Positions 50,307-62,264 of a stretch of DNA of 64,000 nucleotides are shown in pieces (the first letter of the stretch is position 1; each line of letters begins with the position of its first letter). The stretch covers positions 62,001 through 126,000 of the forward strand of contig RSEE01000025.1 of NCBI GenBank assembly GCA_003971905.1, written 5' to 3'. This DNA is from Moniliella sp. 'wahieum'. Taxonomy: Eukaryota. Both the position numbers and the translations under genes were made by a program. The notes under the pieces were generated by a model. The model saw only the letters and a list, made by a program, of their open reading frames with translations, searched no databases and had not been told where the DNA came from.

Positions 50307-53300
50307 CTACATGACCCCTGAAAACGAATGCGTTCTGCATCCTCACTCCGCCCCACCCATCTTGCTGCTGCGCTATAGATTTCGTGAGGCTTAACCTCGT
50401 AAGGAACTGGAACGCAAGATTTGCCACGTTGGTCGGTTGGTTGCCAATCGTAGGCGAGTACCGCGTTTAAGCTGAGGAAGAAGGGGATCGAGTTGTCATC
50501 TAGTACTGATGCAAGACACAACGCTTTTTGCATCGTCCCAACGGCGATTGCCCAGACGGAGGGCACGGCGGCAGCGATGCGGATGTTCATTCCGCCCTGG
50601 AAGCTGAACCGCCAGCGCGTCGGGGTGGCCCGGTACCCCACTTGCCGCCACGCACACGGCGTGCAAATTGGGGGGTGCTTGGCGGAGGTTAGCGTGCGAT
50701 CCGGGCGAGAAGCAAACTGTGAATGCGACGCTGGCCTTGGTGCAGGCCAGAATGCGACGGAAGGCATCGAGACCGAGAAAACGTGAGGAAGACGCGATCC
50801 AGGTATACGTCCGCCGACTGTTCGGACCGTGGGGGGCCCAGGGCGGGGACCTGAGTGGCACGCGGCAACGAATGGTCTAGATTCATCGGCACCCTTTGCC
50901 TGGGAGGGCGAAACAGAGGGTTGGGATACTCTTGCCTGCTGCTCTCGCACGAGCGACCTCCTTGTCCGATTAGCCACTGCGGCCACTGTGCGCGCACGAA
51001 CTCGACAGCACGGAGAATGAGGTTAAAGAGGCCGTCGGCCCTACGGCCTCGGAATTGATCCGAGCCGCGTCGGCAGCGCGTTAGCGGCACGTCGACTGGG
51101 TCCCTGCTCCTTAGCCTTTGCAACGCCCTTGCCTTTGAGTTGGGATTGGACTTGGAAGGAGACGACCTGCTCTTGGCAGCAGGGTGAGCACGATGGACAT
51201 CCCTAAAGCTTTGTCGAGTCCGAGCAACATCTCCAAATGGGCGTGGAACTTCATAGCTGCATCCAAGCATGAGACAGGTAGTCCACGTAGCCGCGAGGGC
51301 GATTGAGGGTGGGGATCATGAAAGATAGAATGGCAGTGATGGCCCAAACTGCGCCAGAGCTTGGAGGCCAAATTGGCACCCGGGTTGCGCCCGGTCGAGA
51401 TGGTAAGCGAATCGTGCACATCGCCAAAGCCGCTCGACCAAAATCCCATCGTACCTCGCCGGGCATGGAGCTCAGTCGCATGGAACTTGTCAAGAATTTT
51501 GGTAGGTAGGTCGGGGATCATCGACCTGAACCCGCCCCACCATTTTGGGCCAAGGCGAGACATGAATGGGGGCTTGTAAAAGCTGGGTCGGCATCCATAC
51601 GAGGCGCAGGACCTGTACCAATTAGATAGCCACACCATGGGAACCACTCGCCATAGTGAGCACGGAGAAGGGTGCCGTCATCACATCGATGGAAAAAGTT
51701 AGTCCGGGTCTTGTCTTCGGCGATATAGCAGCCAAACTCGGCGTGTCCGGCGCGCATCGTGTCGAGGAAGCGATGGGCCTTGTTGGCATCCGTGGTGAGC
51801 AAAAGAAAATCGTCTGTGTAGCGCTGAAGTAGGGTCGGATGCTTGTCGTTTCCCTCGCGAAGAAATCCGAGCCGGTCCGACTCAAGCTGCGCGTAAAAGA
51901 AGGAGCAGAGCAGCGTCGAGAGCCGACTGCCCTGCGGTACGCCAACTCGCTGGCAGTAAAACTCACGACCGATCTTGACCAAGTTGCCAGTAATGTGTTC
52001 CTTGATTAGGGACAAAAGGTGGGCGCGCGTCTCGTGACCACCGCCATATACAGTGTCCGCCACTACCGCCGAACGCAGTCCACCTGCAGCTCCCGCCACA
52101 CCACCCACTCCCGATCCAGGCGGTAGTAGTGTTGCCATAGGCACAGTGCCGCTTTGGGTTGGGCCCTGCCGCTGTGCGGGGTAGAACGATCGGTAGAGAC
52201 CAGCCATTCGTCAAACGGTTTCATGTCCCAGTCTGGTATCGCTGACTTTTATACTTGACCGTCAGGCCCGGCAAAGGGTCCCGGGTGTGTACGTTGAGGA
52301 GACGGGTTAGGCGCGAGACTGGTGGGCGGAATGGGCACAGGGGCAACAAAGGTATACGGGCGAATGTAGTAGGCCTCATTTGCCACGATCGTCTCTAGCA
52401 GACGGAGAAGCGGGCCATGTTCAATGGTGTCAAACGCGCCCTTGACATCGACCTTGACGGCATACACTCTCTGTCCAGCAGCACTGGCTTCCCGGAGACG
52501 AGGAACAAACTCCCGAGAGCTCGCTGGATGTCGTTTGGACCCAAGACTGATGAGGCAAACCGATCGGATTGAGCGGTTTTTCGTACGAGAGCACATGGAA
52601 CGCCGCGTCGAGGACTTGGTTGATACTCTTTTGCAAATGTGCCTCACGCTGGTCGGTCGCCTCCCTGCTTCTTTGCTGGGTTGGCATTGGCAGGCCGCAA
52701 GCGGCGAACAGAGCGACGCTTGAGGTTGACAATGGGACGTACTCCGCGGGTCTTGGGGCGCAATCTGACATGCGCATAGCCAAGCTTACGCGCGGCCATA
52801 AGGGCAATGGCCTCTCGCCGCGGAATGGGATTGAAGAGGGCGGTGCCCATATGCGATAGAATCGGCGCCGAAAGCGCAGCCCAATCGTCCTGACGAAAAA
52901 ACAGCACTCGATTTCGCAACACCCCGACTCGGTGGCGTAAAAGGTGGTACGCAAGAGGGGAGCCAAGAGACTGTCAATGAGATAGTACACTAGTTCGCAA
53001 AGATGCAGCCGAGCCTCACGCGCTGTTTGCTGATCCACACGAGGGCGCTTGCCCCCTTTTACTGGCTGTCCAGGAAGCCAGGGAATATCAGAGGTACGTA
53101 GGCCCTGCAGCGCCTCATGCAAGGTAATCGTCTCGTACCGTCGGGCATGAAAAAAGCTTGACCACTAGGATAGCAAGAAGATTTTGTTAGCCGCCAACTT
53201 CACACACGAGGAAGATGTAACACACCTCGCTCAAACAGTGCCCAGTTGTGTGTTGATCCCAGCAGAGCACGCGGAACAAGACGTCGGAGGACGGCATCGC

Positions 53301-55478
53301 ATAGCGCGCAACATCCGAGTGTCGCAAAGCAAACTTATTTAGCGATATAGGCGTAGGTGACTTGTTTTCCCCCTTGCCATCAACTCCTGAACCTGCGGCA
53401 GAGGCAGAGGCAGGGGCAGGGGCAGGGGAAGGGGCAGGGGCTCCTGTCCCAGCCGCTACCGAGGTACTGCCTGATGAGATCGGCTGACTTGGCCCATGGG
53501 GCAACAAACTCGCATTGGGGGCTTGCGATGCGGAAGCGCCGTGCGGGTCCAGGGGTGAGAGGAAGGAAGGTTTTCCCCCAATCGATCGTGCGAAGAATGT
53601 GCGAGTGGGGGCACGGGAGCACGGGCTGGGCCAGTTGGCAGCGCCTCCTCAGGCATCCACCCTGACGCTTGATCCAAGTCGCGAGTTTCGTGGGCCAAGA
53701 CCTCTTCCTGACGCAACCGCGAGTTCGAGGCCGAGCCAGACGCAACCCCACCGTTCTGGGTAGCTGAGGGCAATTCAGCTCGGAAAGATGGCTGACAAGT
53801 TCGGACCGATCCAACGAGTGAGTTGGTGGATCTTCGAAGGGCAAGTACGCTCGAGCAGGAGAGGATAGTTGAGTGTATCATGGTTCGCTGCCATCCGGCG
53901 GAGCAATCGGATCACACTCTCTGTCCCCGGGAGCCCCGGAGAAGAAGCGGGGCCCGAGGACGGGTAAAGGGGGCCCGGTGGAGGTGGCAAGCCAATCCGA
54001 AGTCGAGCCTGCGCAAAGGCCGAATCTTTCCCCTTTGCCCTCCGTTGACGGGTCCGACTCGCCTCGGCAATCTCACTGTCTCGAACGCCATACTCGGGTA
54101 ACGGGTGCGTCGTGTCCTGGCGCACGGGCGAAGAAATGGACGTTGTGCAAACCATATGCACGAGGAATACATACTTGGCGAGCAGACGGCCACGCAGCAT
54201 CCGGGCCCTTTGGAGTTGGGCTTTGGAGCCGATGGCTTCTTCACTCGCCCCTCGTAGCACCTCCATTCTTTCTTGTCTTTCTTCTCCGACGCCGGCGCCG
54301 ACGAAGTGCCCCTGAGGAAACATCTTGGCGAGCGGTTAAGGATGTGGGTCGGCGGCAGTCCCGCAGGGACCACCCGACCATTTTGCCGACTGGACGCGCA
54401 TAAAAGATCCGGTTGCGCACAAATGCGATCGAGTTGGGCGTGCGAATCGGTGACGCCAATGTGCCTCCACGCGTTGTGCCCTGGAGCAGGAGACGACCCA
54501 GAGAGCACGGACCGACCGGAAAGAGGCTGAGTACTGGAAGGAAATGTATCCCGAACATGGTTGGGTATACTGTGGTGCGCATTGGAAAGCGGGAAGGGGC
54601 AGCCAAGTCGCTCTTGGAGCGGCCCCAACTACGGGAACCAAGCTGTGGAGCCGACTCGACATTGAGAGGGAGTGGTGATTCAGCAACGACTTCCGACCCC
54701 TTCTTGCGGGGGCGAGAACGGCGGGTCCGAGACCTCTTCCTTGGCTGTTCCTTTGCATTCCCCATCGTCGGAGGGAGGGAACGCTTGGTACCGATGCTTA
54801 CGGCACGTGGGTCTGGATGGATGGGAGAGAGCGGGTTCGGGCTCAAAAGACGGTGTGCCTAGTAACGGCAAGCCAGGTACACGTCCGCGTGCCACGTCGC
54901 CAGCGAGTCGGCCGTAAGCTGCAAGAAAGACTCGGTCGTGCGGGTGCCATTGGGAAGGCGGCAAAAGATGGCAGTGAGTAAGGAGTTTGTGCATGAGGGG
55001 AAATGCGAGCTGCTGTGCGAGGCGCTGGAAAAGAGCAGACTCGGATATATGGGTAACAGAGCTGTTGATGTGGGTGGGCGATGGAAGTGGGACCCATGCG
55101 GAGGGCACCGCGGTGCTGAGCATCGAGAGGACGGTAGCCAAGCACTAGAACATTGCTCGAAGGCCAACGTCCGTCGGCCAAGCGGGTAGCCTTGGTGTCC
55201 AACAGCGTTGACTGGGCCCGCGCCAGGACCTCGGGCAGGCTCACGTTCTGCGGCGGCATGCCAAGGCAGATGAGGTGGAAGCAGGTGTTACAAACGAAGA
55301 CAGGAAGCTCCGGGGCGATGACATAGCGGTGTGACGTCAAAGGAGGCAGCAAGCGCGTCGGCTCAGCGGCGCGGCCAGGCAAGACGGCGGCGAGGAATGC
55401 ACGGAGCGAATAGACATGTTTCGCGTAGACGCGACTTAGGACCGCATGCGAGTAGCCGGCAGGAGGCGCCTCCGCCAT
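50307..55478 (-). CDS. TERT: Telomerase reverse transcriptase (frameshifted; 3' end approximate)
   Basis: NVLVLGY (TEN-like), T motif LLRTTFYATES...RVLFFRQDDW, motifs 1/2 VRLRPKTRGVRPIVNL, A VKVDVKGAFDTI, B' GVPQGSRLSTLLCSFFY, C LQRYTDDFLLLT and E FPWCGYLI. Confidence 0.95.
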
Positions 55479-55682
55479 GGCAGCTGCAGTGGAGGAAACG
55501 GAGAGAAAGGGGGGAGGCGGTGGTGGCAACGGAAGGCCGCTCGCGATTGGCGTGGACAATTGGCGGTGGGACACGCAGGAAGATGTCGATGATTGATGAT
55601 CATCAAATCGAAGAGCGGGGCGATCAAGCCAACGCGAAACTTGAAACCTAAAACCTGATACGTGGCACGAGAAGCAAAAAAA

Positions 55683-55788
55683 CGACACCTGTGAGATTCG
55701 AACTCACGCCCTCAGAGAGGATTCGCTGGCCCTTGAAGCAAGGTGCTACACATAGCAGGCGAACGGGTAACCACTGCCCTAAAGTGTC
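55683..55788 (-). tRNA. tRNA-Ser(GCT) with intron
   Basis: GACACTT/AGGTGTC-G acceptor, anticodon stem TTCGC/GCGAA with CT-GCT-A loop, long variable arm and GTTCGAATC. Confidence 0.92.
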
Positions 55789-56190
55789 TTATGAGATCCG
55801 CATTATTTTCTATAGATAGCACAACAAAGGCCGATTGTATCCAAAGACGCTGAAGAAATGGTGCCTTTGAAAGACTAATATGACCAAAGACCAGAATCGC
55901 CATGAACGGGTTGAGCACTCAGGATGAGGCCTGAGCCTCACAGGCCTTCAAGCTTCAGGGCCGAATGGGAGCCATATGCTGTGAAGGCGGAAGCTTAACG
56001 GACAGTCTCACTTGTTCTTACTCTTTGAACTCCCTCCCTCTCATCCGTTGTCAGGCCTCACGTTGAGGGCATATTTCTCCTAGGAGAGCCTCCATCTTTG
56101 GTAGCGCCTTTTGCTCTTGTTTCTCCCATCCCATTTCTCTCAGTAACTCAGTCTGATCTTTCCTTCTCTCAAGAGTGATGCAAAAGACAT

Positions 56191-56287
56191 TCTCCCTCTG
56201 GGAGTCGAACCCAGGACATTCAGAGATTATAACCACTAGGGTCGAACCAATTACAATCTGACGCTCTTCCAACTGAGCTAAGGAGAG
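56191..56287 (-). tRNA. tRNA-Tyr(GTA) with intron
   Basis: CTCTCCT-TAGCTCAGTTGG, stem TCAGA/TCTGA with TT-GTA-A loop and GTTCGACTC. The 3' acceptor strand is one G short. Confidence 0.88.
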
Positions 56288-56565
56288 GATTTGATCATGC
56301 GCCCCACTCACCTGATCCCGATGTACCTAACCACAAACCTCTCAACAGCTCTATGAAGATGGCAACAGTCAGAACGCTCCCTCTCAACCTCTCAACATGG
56401 CCGCGGACCGCAAAAACAATTCAGACACACTATCAGCTCTTTGTGAAAGCATGTAGTCAAAGCATACTACTATAGGCCATCTAAAAAGGTGATGAACATC
56501 AGAAAACCGAGTGCAAAGGGAAACCTTGTGGACAGTAGGGAGGGGAGGGCGACGGCTCAGAGGAG

Positions 56566-59312
56566 TTAGACGGTAAGCAAGAAGGATCGGGAGAAAGCCA
56601 AACAGATCATGAGGACTTGAGTGTAGCGCTCAGAAGCGGGGTTCAATACCCCAGATGTTCTTGCGTAGTCGTCCACCGCACGGTCCGAAGAGAAGTAGCC
56701 CATGTTCGCCGTGGTGTGGACCGACTTGGAAACCCAGTTGCGCAAATACTCCTCCGATCCGGAGCCGCGGCCATAGGCCGCCTCAACCTTGCGATGCGCT
56801 TCGAGGAAAAGCTCGAAATCGGCAGCGACCAAGTGTCTCCGTGGAACCGAGTCGAGTCGAGCAGCGGTCGGAAATTATCCGCTGGGCCAAAGAGGCCCGA
56901 GTCGATCGCGTTAAACACCTGAAGTAGCGGCATAGGCAGGTTTACTCCATGTCCGTTCGCCGCCCGGATGCCCGGGACTTGGTCGGCAGTCACACCAAAG
57001 ATGAAGATGTTGTCCTTGCCAATCTCACGCGTAATCTCCACATTGGCACCATCGTAGGTACCCAGAATGAGGCCGCCATTGAGGGCAAATTTCATGTTGG
57101 ACGTACCCGAGCCCTCGGTACCAGCGGTGGAAATGTGGTTGCTGAGATCCGAACCCGGGCACAAAATCTCCGCCTTGGACACATTGTAGTCGGGAACAAA
57201 GGCAACCTTGAGCAGTTCATCAATGTCCTCGTCATTGTTGACCACTTCGGCGACGGCATTGATAAGATGGATGATCGACTTGGCCATGTAGTACCCCGGG
57301 GCCGCCTTCCCGCCAATAATGGCGGCCTTGGGGATGTAATGCTTGAGACCAATCTCCTCGGTCGACAAGCCCTCGCGACGCAGCCGCTTAATCTCCAGGT
57401 AACGCCAAATCACAGCAAAGATGTTGAGTGCTGACGCTTGTACTCGTGAATGCGCTTGACCTGAACATCATACAGCGCGTGGGGCGACAGAATGACGCCC
57501 GTTGTGTCAAAGACGAGACGAGCCAGTCGCTTCTTGTTGTGCCGCTTGACTGCATCCCACTTTTTAAGGAACTCGAGGTCGTTGGCATACTTGTCCAATT
57601 TCTTCAGGTCGGGAAGGTGGACCAAAAACTTGTGTTCGGGATCCTGGAGCGTTTTGCCAATCAGATCCGCCAACATGGGGTTGGCCGCTTGAAGCCAACG
57701 GCGAGGAGTCAACACCATTAGTTACATTGGTAAAGTGATCATCACCAAAGACCTTGACAAACTGGGGGAAGAGATCGGACTTGACCAGCTGAGAATGCAG
57801 TTCGGCCACTCCGTTGACCTTGTGGCTAGCAATGACCGCCAGGTATGCCATCCGAACCTGCCGGTTGTCCCTCCTCAATGATGGAGCAATCGCGCAGCAT
57901 CTGCTCTGAACCGGGGAACTTCTTGGCCACCTCTTGAAGGAAGAAGTAGTTGATATCAAAAATGATCTGCATGTGCCGCGGCAGCAAGCGTTCCACCAAT
58001 TCCAGTGGCCACTTCTCCAGCGCTTCTTGCATGACCGTATGGTTGGTGTAAGCAAACACACCGCGGACAATGTCCCATGCCTCCTCCCATTCAAGACCAT
58101 GCTCATCAATCAGGACCCGCTGCATTCCACAACCGCCAAGGTAGGGGGGTGTCGTTGAGCTGGATCGCGAATAGTCCGACATTTCGGACCAGTCGTGGCC
58201 ATGCTTGCGGAAGCGGGAAACAATGTCATGGATCGAGGCACAGACCCAGAAATACTGTTGGGTCAAGCGCAGTTCCTTTCCGACGGCAAAGTTGTCGTTG
58301 GGATAGAGCACGTCCGTGATCGCCTCGGCCCGTTGCAGTGCTGACACTGCTTGGCATAGTCTCCTGCGTTGAATTCGGCAAAGTCAAACTCCTTCTCGGG
58401 GGTGGGGCGTGCTTGCCAGAGACGAAGGTTGTTGCAGTTGGGGGTGTGGTACCCTGGGATGGGGAAGTCAACGGCCATAGCGAGCACCACATTGCCTCCT
58501 TCCCACACCTTCTTAACCTTGCCCGTGTGGGGGTCGACCTCGTCCACAACGCGGCCGTAGAACCGGACCGGAATCTCCAGCTCTCGACGCACAATCTCCC
58601 AGGCCGAACCATTCTTGAGCCAGTTGTCGGCTTCTCAACTTGGAACCCATTGACAATCGACTGGCGGAAAATGCCGTACTGATAGTTTAGGCCGTACCCC
58701 CATCCATTGTAGTTGCGGCTGCTGAGCGAGTCAACAAAGCAAGCAGCCAACCGACCCAGACCGCCGTTGCCCAGACCGGCATCGTCTTCCTGTTCCAGTA
58801 CGTCTTCCAACCGGAAACCAAGGTCCTTCAGCGACTCGTTCACCGTGCCACGGGCTCCCTCGTTGATCAACGCATTGTCCAGGGCACGTCCCATGAGGAA
58901 CTCGAGGCTGAGGGTAGTAGATGCGCTTGTTGTTTTCCAGAGCTTGACGCTGCTGGGTGTTGGCCCAGTTGATGGTCACTGCGCTGCGCACGGCGGTGCT
59001 GGCGGCTTGGTAGGCAGCCAGGTTGTCACAGTTGTACATGTTGCGGCCCAATTGGGTTTCAATGTGGGTGACAAAGTCACGCTGGAACACGTCGCTGCGA
59101 CGGGAAATGATCTCTTGCTCGTTCTTGCTCACTTCTCCGCCGAGTGGCGAAGAACGTCGAAGCGCTCCAGGGGAGTACTTGCTCCACACACTCTTGGCAG
59201 TCTCGGGGATCTCAGCATCAAATCGCTGGAGTTGATAAAACGTGAACGCCGAGTTGCGCCGACGGGGCGAAATGGGCGGGGAGGGGACATAGTCGTCGCC
59301 GTAGTCGCTCAT
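56566..59312 (-). CDS. GPH1: Glycogen phosphorylase (frameshifted; 3' end approximate)
   Basis: DAGLGNGGLGRLAACF, YGIFRQ, VLYPND, ELRLTQQYF, AYTNHT, VNGVAELH, QVKRIHEYKRQ, GGKAAPGY, EGSGTSNMKF (PLP Lys) and FSSDRAV. Confidence 0.96.
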
Positions 59313-59451
59313 TGTGAGGGCGAGAGACAAAAGGAGGACGCTGCTGAGGCAAAAGATGCAGGGTGAGCGATTGGGCTCGCTGCGCAATTAGAGGATGAAA
59401 CGTACGTCTGACTGGAAGCGGGGAGGTCTGTGCGTCGGACGAGCGCAGTGT

Positions 59452-59522
59452 GGCGGGGAAGCTGAGGCGGGGGGAGCGGGGGGAAGCGGGGGGAAGCGGG
59501 GGCAGGCGGGGGGAGGCGGGGC
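59452..59522 (+). repeat. G-rich tandem repeat (GCGGGGGGAA-like) in the GPH1 upstream region
   Basis: Seven G4-G6 runs with short spacers. Confidence 0.75.
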
Positions 59523-61544
59523 GTGAGGGACTGGCAGGGGCAACAATGCAAAGACTTTATACGAATGTGGGCGCCAGATGCGCAGCAAGGGGGTGGATCG
59601 AGCGGGCGACTGGAATTCAGGCCGTTGGGTGGCGGGTGGCAGGGGCGCCTGTCTCTGCGTGCTGCTGGTTCGGAGCGAATGGCGTGGCCAGCAGGGCGTT
59701 CCTGGACGGTACATAGCCTCGATCAGTGACCGAAATGGTGCTATGTCTGAGTTTGCGGTGCACGAGGTGGCCCGTGCGGGGGGATCCGACGTTGGGTCTC
59801 CATGTCCCCTTTCTCCCCACAGCCCTGTGCCGAAAGCTGAGGCAGCGGCCGCTCACTACAGTGCCAGTGTAGGGCCAGTGTCGATGCACTATAGTGACCG
59901 GATGACCTCGACGCGGAAGCTTGACGACCGGCCGATGGCCAGGGCCCATCTTTCTCGGTGGGATCCGGGGGTAGTGTGCCACCGTGGGGGAGCGAGGCCA
60001 CTGCGGCTGGTGCCGAAAAGGCGATTGATTCAGGTGGGACCTGCTGGGCATGGACAGATTGTGGCGGACGTAGGACGGTGCGTCTCTTCCGTCTCTCTCC
60101 CGCAATGCGTGCCGCCCGCCGCCTTCCATATCAATGCAAACCCGTTACATTATGGTGCAAGAGCAGCCGGCCAGCCCCGCGGGGCTCACATCATGCAATC
60201 ATGATGCATGATCGATCTGATCCCTCTTTGTTCAACGTTCGCAGTTCGAAAAGACGCCTGGGCCTGAGGCCTGATCATCGATCAACGATTATCGATTACG
60301 TACTAACCGAGTATCATTTTCCCTACACGCCCCCACACTGCTGCTGTGAGGTCTGCGTGCCCTCTCTCTCTCATAATCGGCATTGGCTGCCCGTGCCCCG
60401 GCCCCACCCCGCGGCAGCCACCTATCTCAGTGGTGCACTATCTGTATCATTCGACACGGTGCTTCTCCCTCATCCTCGGGCCATAGGCCTCATTCGCCAC
60501 CCTCCCACCCGCCTGCTAAGCATATGGCATCGCAACGGCCTCTGTACACCATGCCTGCCAAGTGGGCCCAGATCTGGCCTGCCATTGTCAACGTGTCAAC
60601 CACAGCCGATGCGGGGCTCCGGCCATTGCCGGTCCGCCGCACCTGGCCAGTGTAAGTTCTGCGACGGGGTGTCTGGGGTGTTCAATTTCGCCGCACACGT
60701 TTGCCTGTCGCATATGTATCACAGGCCATATCACATGTCACGTATCACATGCAGTCACACCTGCCTTTGGCAGGATCAGATCCAGAGGCAGTCTCCCCGA
60801 GTGGGGCGTTGGCTGGTGTTGGCGCATGTGTACACACCATCTCGCACGAGGTGCACAAGGGATTGGTAGAATGTGCGCCCATGTATAAAGAGTCAACATC
60901 TTGATAGAGTATCATTTACGAAACCTTATTACAGCAGCAGGAGGATGTGTCAGAAGCGCTTTTCGCCTACTAAATCTGCCATCATTCATCACAGAAGATC
61001 CGCGCACACCCGACATTTCCGGTTCGCTTTACGGCCACCCAATGGGGAACCAACGAATTGATATTTCGGTAATAGGCGAAAGGAACCTCTCTTCTGACTA
61101 CCGCAATGCATTTTCGTTTTCAAAAATCAGATGTAATAGCTCTGGATGGATGCGGATGGGCGTGACGAACATGTCCAGTGAAAAACGATGAACCAGATGT
61201 CTCCAAGTGACACATTCCCTCTGGAGGGTTAACGCGTAACGGGGCCAAAAACGGGAAAAAAACGACTGGATCAGGAACATAAAAAGGATGGAGGGCAACA
61301 ATCGACATATTCACAACCACATGTTGGAGGGCAAAAAGAAGACCCCTGTAAGCAGGTCAGAAACATATGAGGCATCTGATGGAAGCTGAAGGGAGAACAA
61401 GCAATAGAAGTGCGGAAGGGAGAGAGAGGAGTGGGCAAAAATAAGCGGAATCGCGGAATAGACGACTCCCGAGGGAGACAGCTCCGGAAAATTGAAACGG
61501 TATATAAGAGCACAAACCACACAACTTGAGGATCCAATAAGCTA

Positions 61545-62246
61545 TTACCACCGCGTGCGGCCCGGTCTGCGGGGGAACTGAGACCTGGTTGGGCGGTCAC
61601 CTGGCACTTGTGTGGAGAGGGCGGTGGCCTGAGGCGCAGGAGAGCCCTTGGGGGCAGGATATCCAACCGGGACGGGGTGCGCATCAGACGTCGAGACGGG
61701 GGGTGGCACGGCAGCGTTGGGTGCCGACCTGGAGGCGTGAGATGAGGGGGTGGGAGTCAAGTGTCCGTGTGTGTTGGGCAATGGAGAATGATAGGCTCGG
61801 TCGGTAGACGGATCCACCTGGTTCCTGGTCAGATGAGGAGCAGCCGAGACCCGGGGCGTACGAGGAGATGCAGGCGAGGCCGGTGTTACTGGCTGGTTGG
61901 AAACGGAGGCGGGAGGGTCGGGGGATTGTAACGGCGGCAGAGACGATTGCGAAAGAGCGTCTTCAAACTCATTTGGATCCTCTTCGTCCATCACGTCACC
62001 GAGCACATCCTCTTCCAACGGAGAATGCCGCTCTTCTTCGTCGGTAGGTGCAGGCGAGCCTGCTCTCGACCTTGCTCCGCATGTAGAGAGTCATTGGCCG
62101 ACGGATGTTACCGTCGTGTGGAGTCGTACGTGGACTTAGCTGCCTTTCGCTCGCTCTTGGAGAGAGAGGCGAGAACATATACGTTGGTGTTCCAACAGGA
62201 CTATTGCCATAGTGAGGCCGCGCCCGGACCCGTCGTGCAAAGGTAG
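61545..62246 (-). CDS. Hypothetical Ser/Pro-rich protein with acidic patch
   Basis: Two overlapping ORFs (61996-62373 and 61545-62018) with coding-like composition and no recognised domain. Confidence 0.35.
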
Positions 62247-62264
62247 GTTTTCCCTCCATGTCCA

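Noticed and set aside
51600..53000. Reverse transcriptase motifs as a retrotransposon
   Set aside because: The telomerase T motif and motif E WCG are present, with no gag, integrase, endonuclease or LTR. It is TERT.
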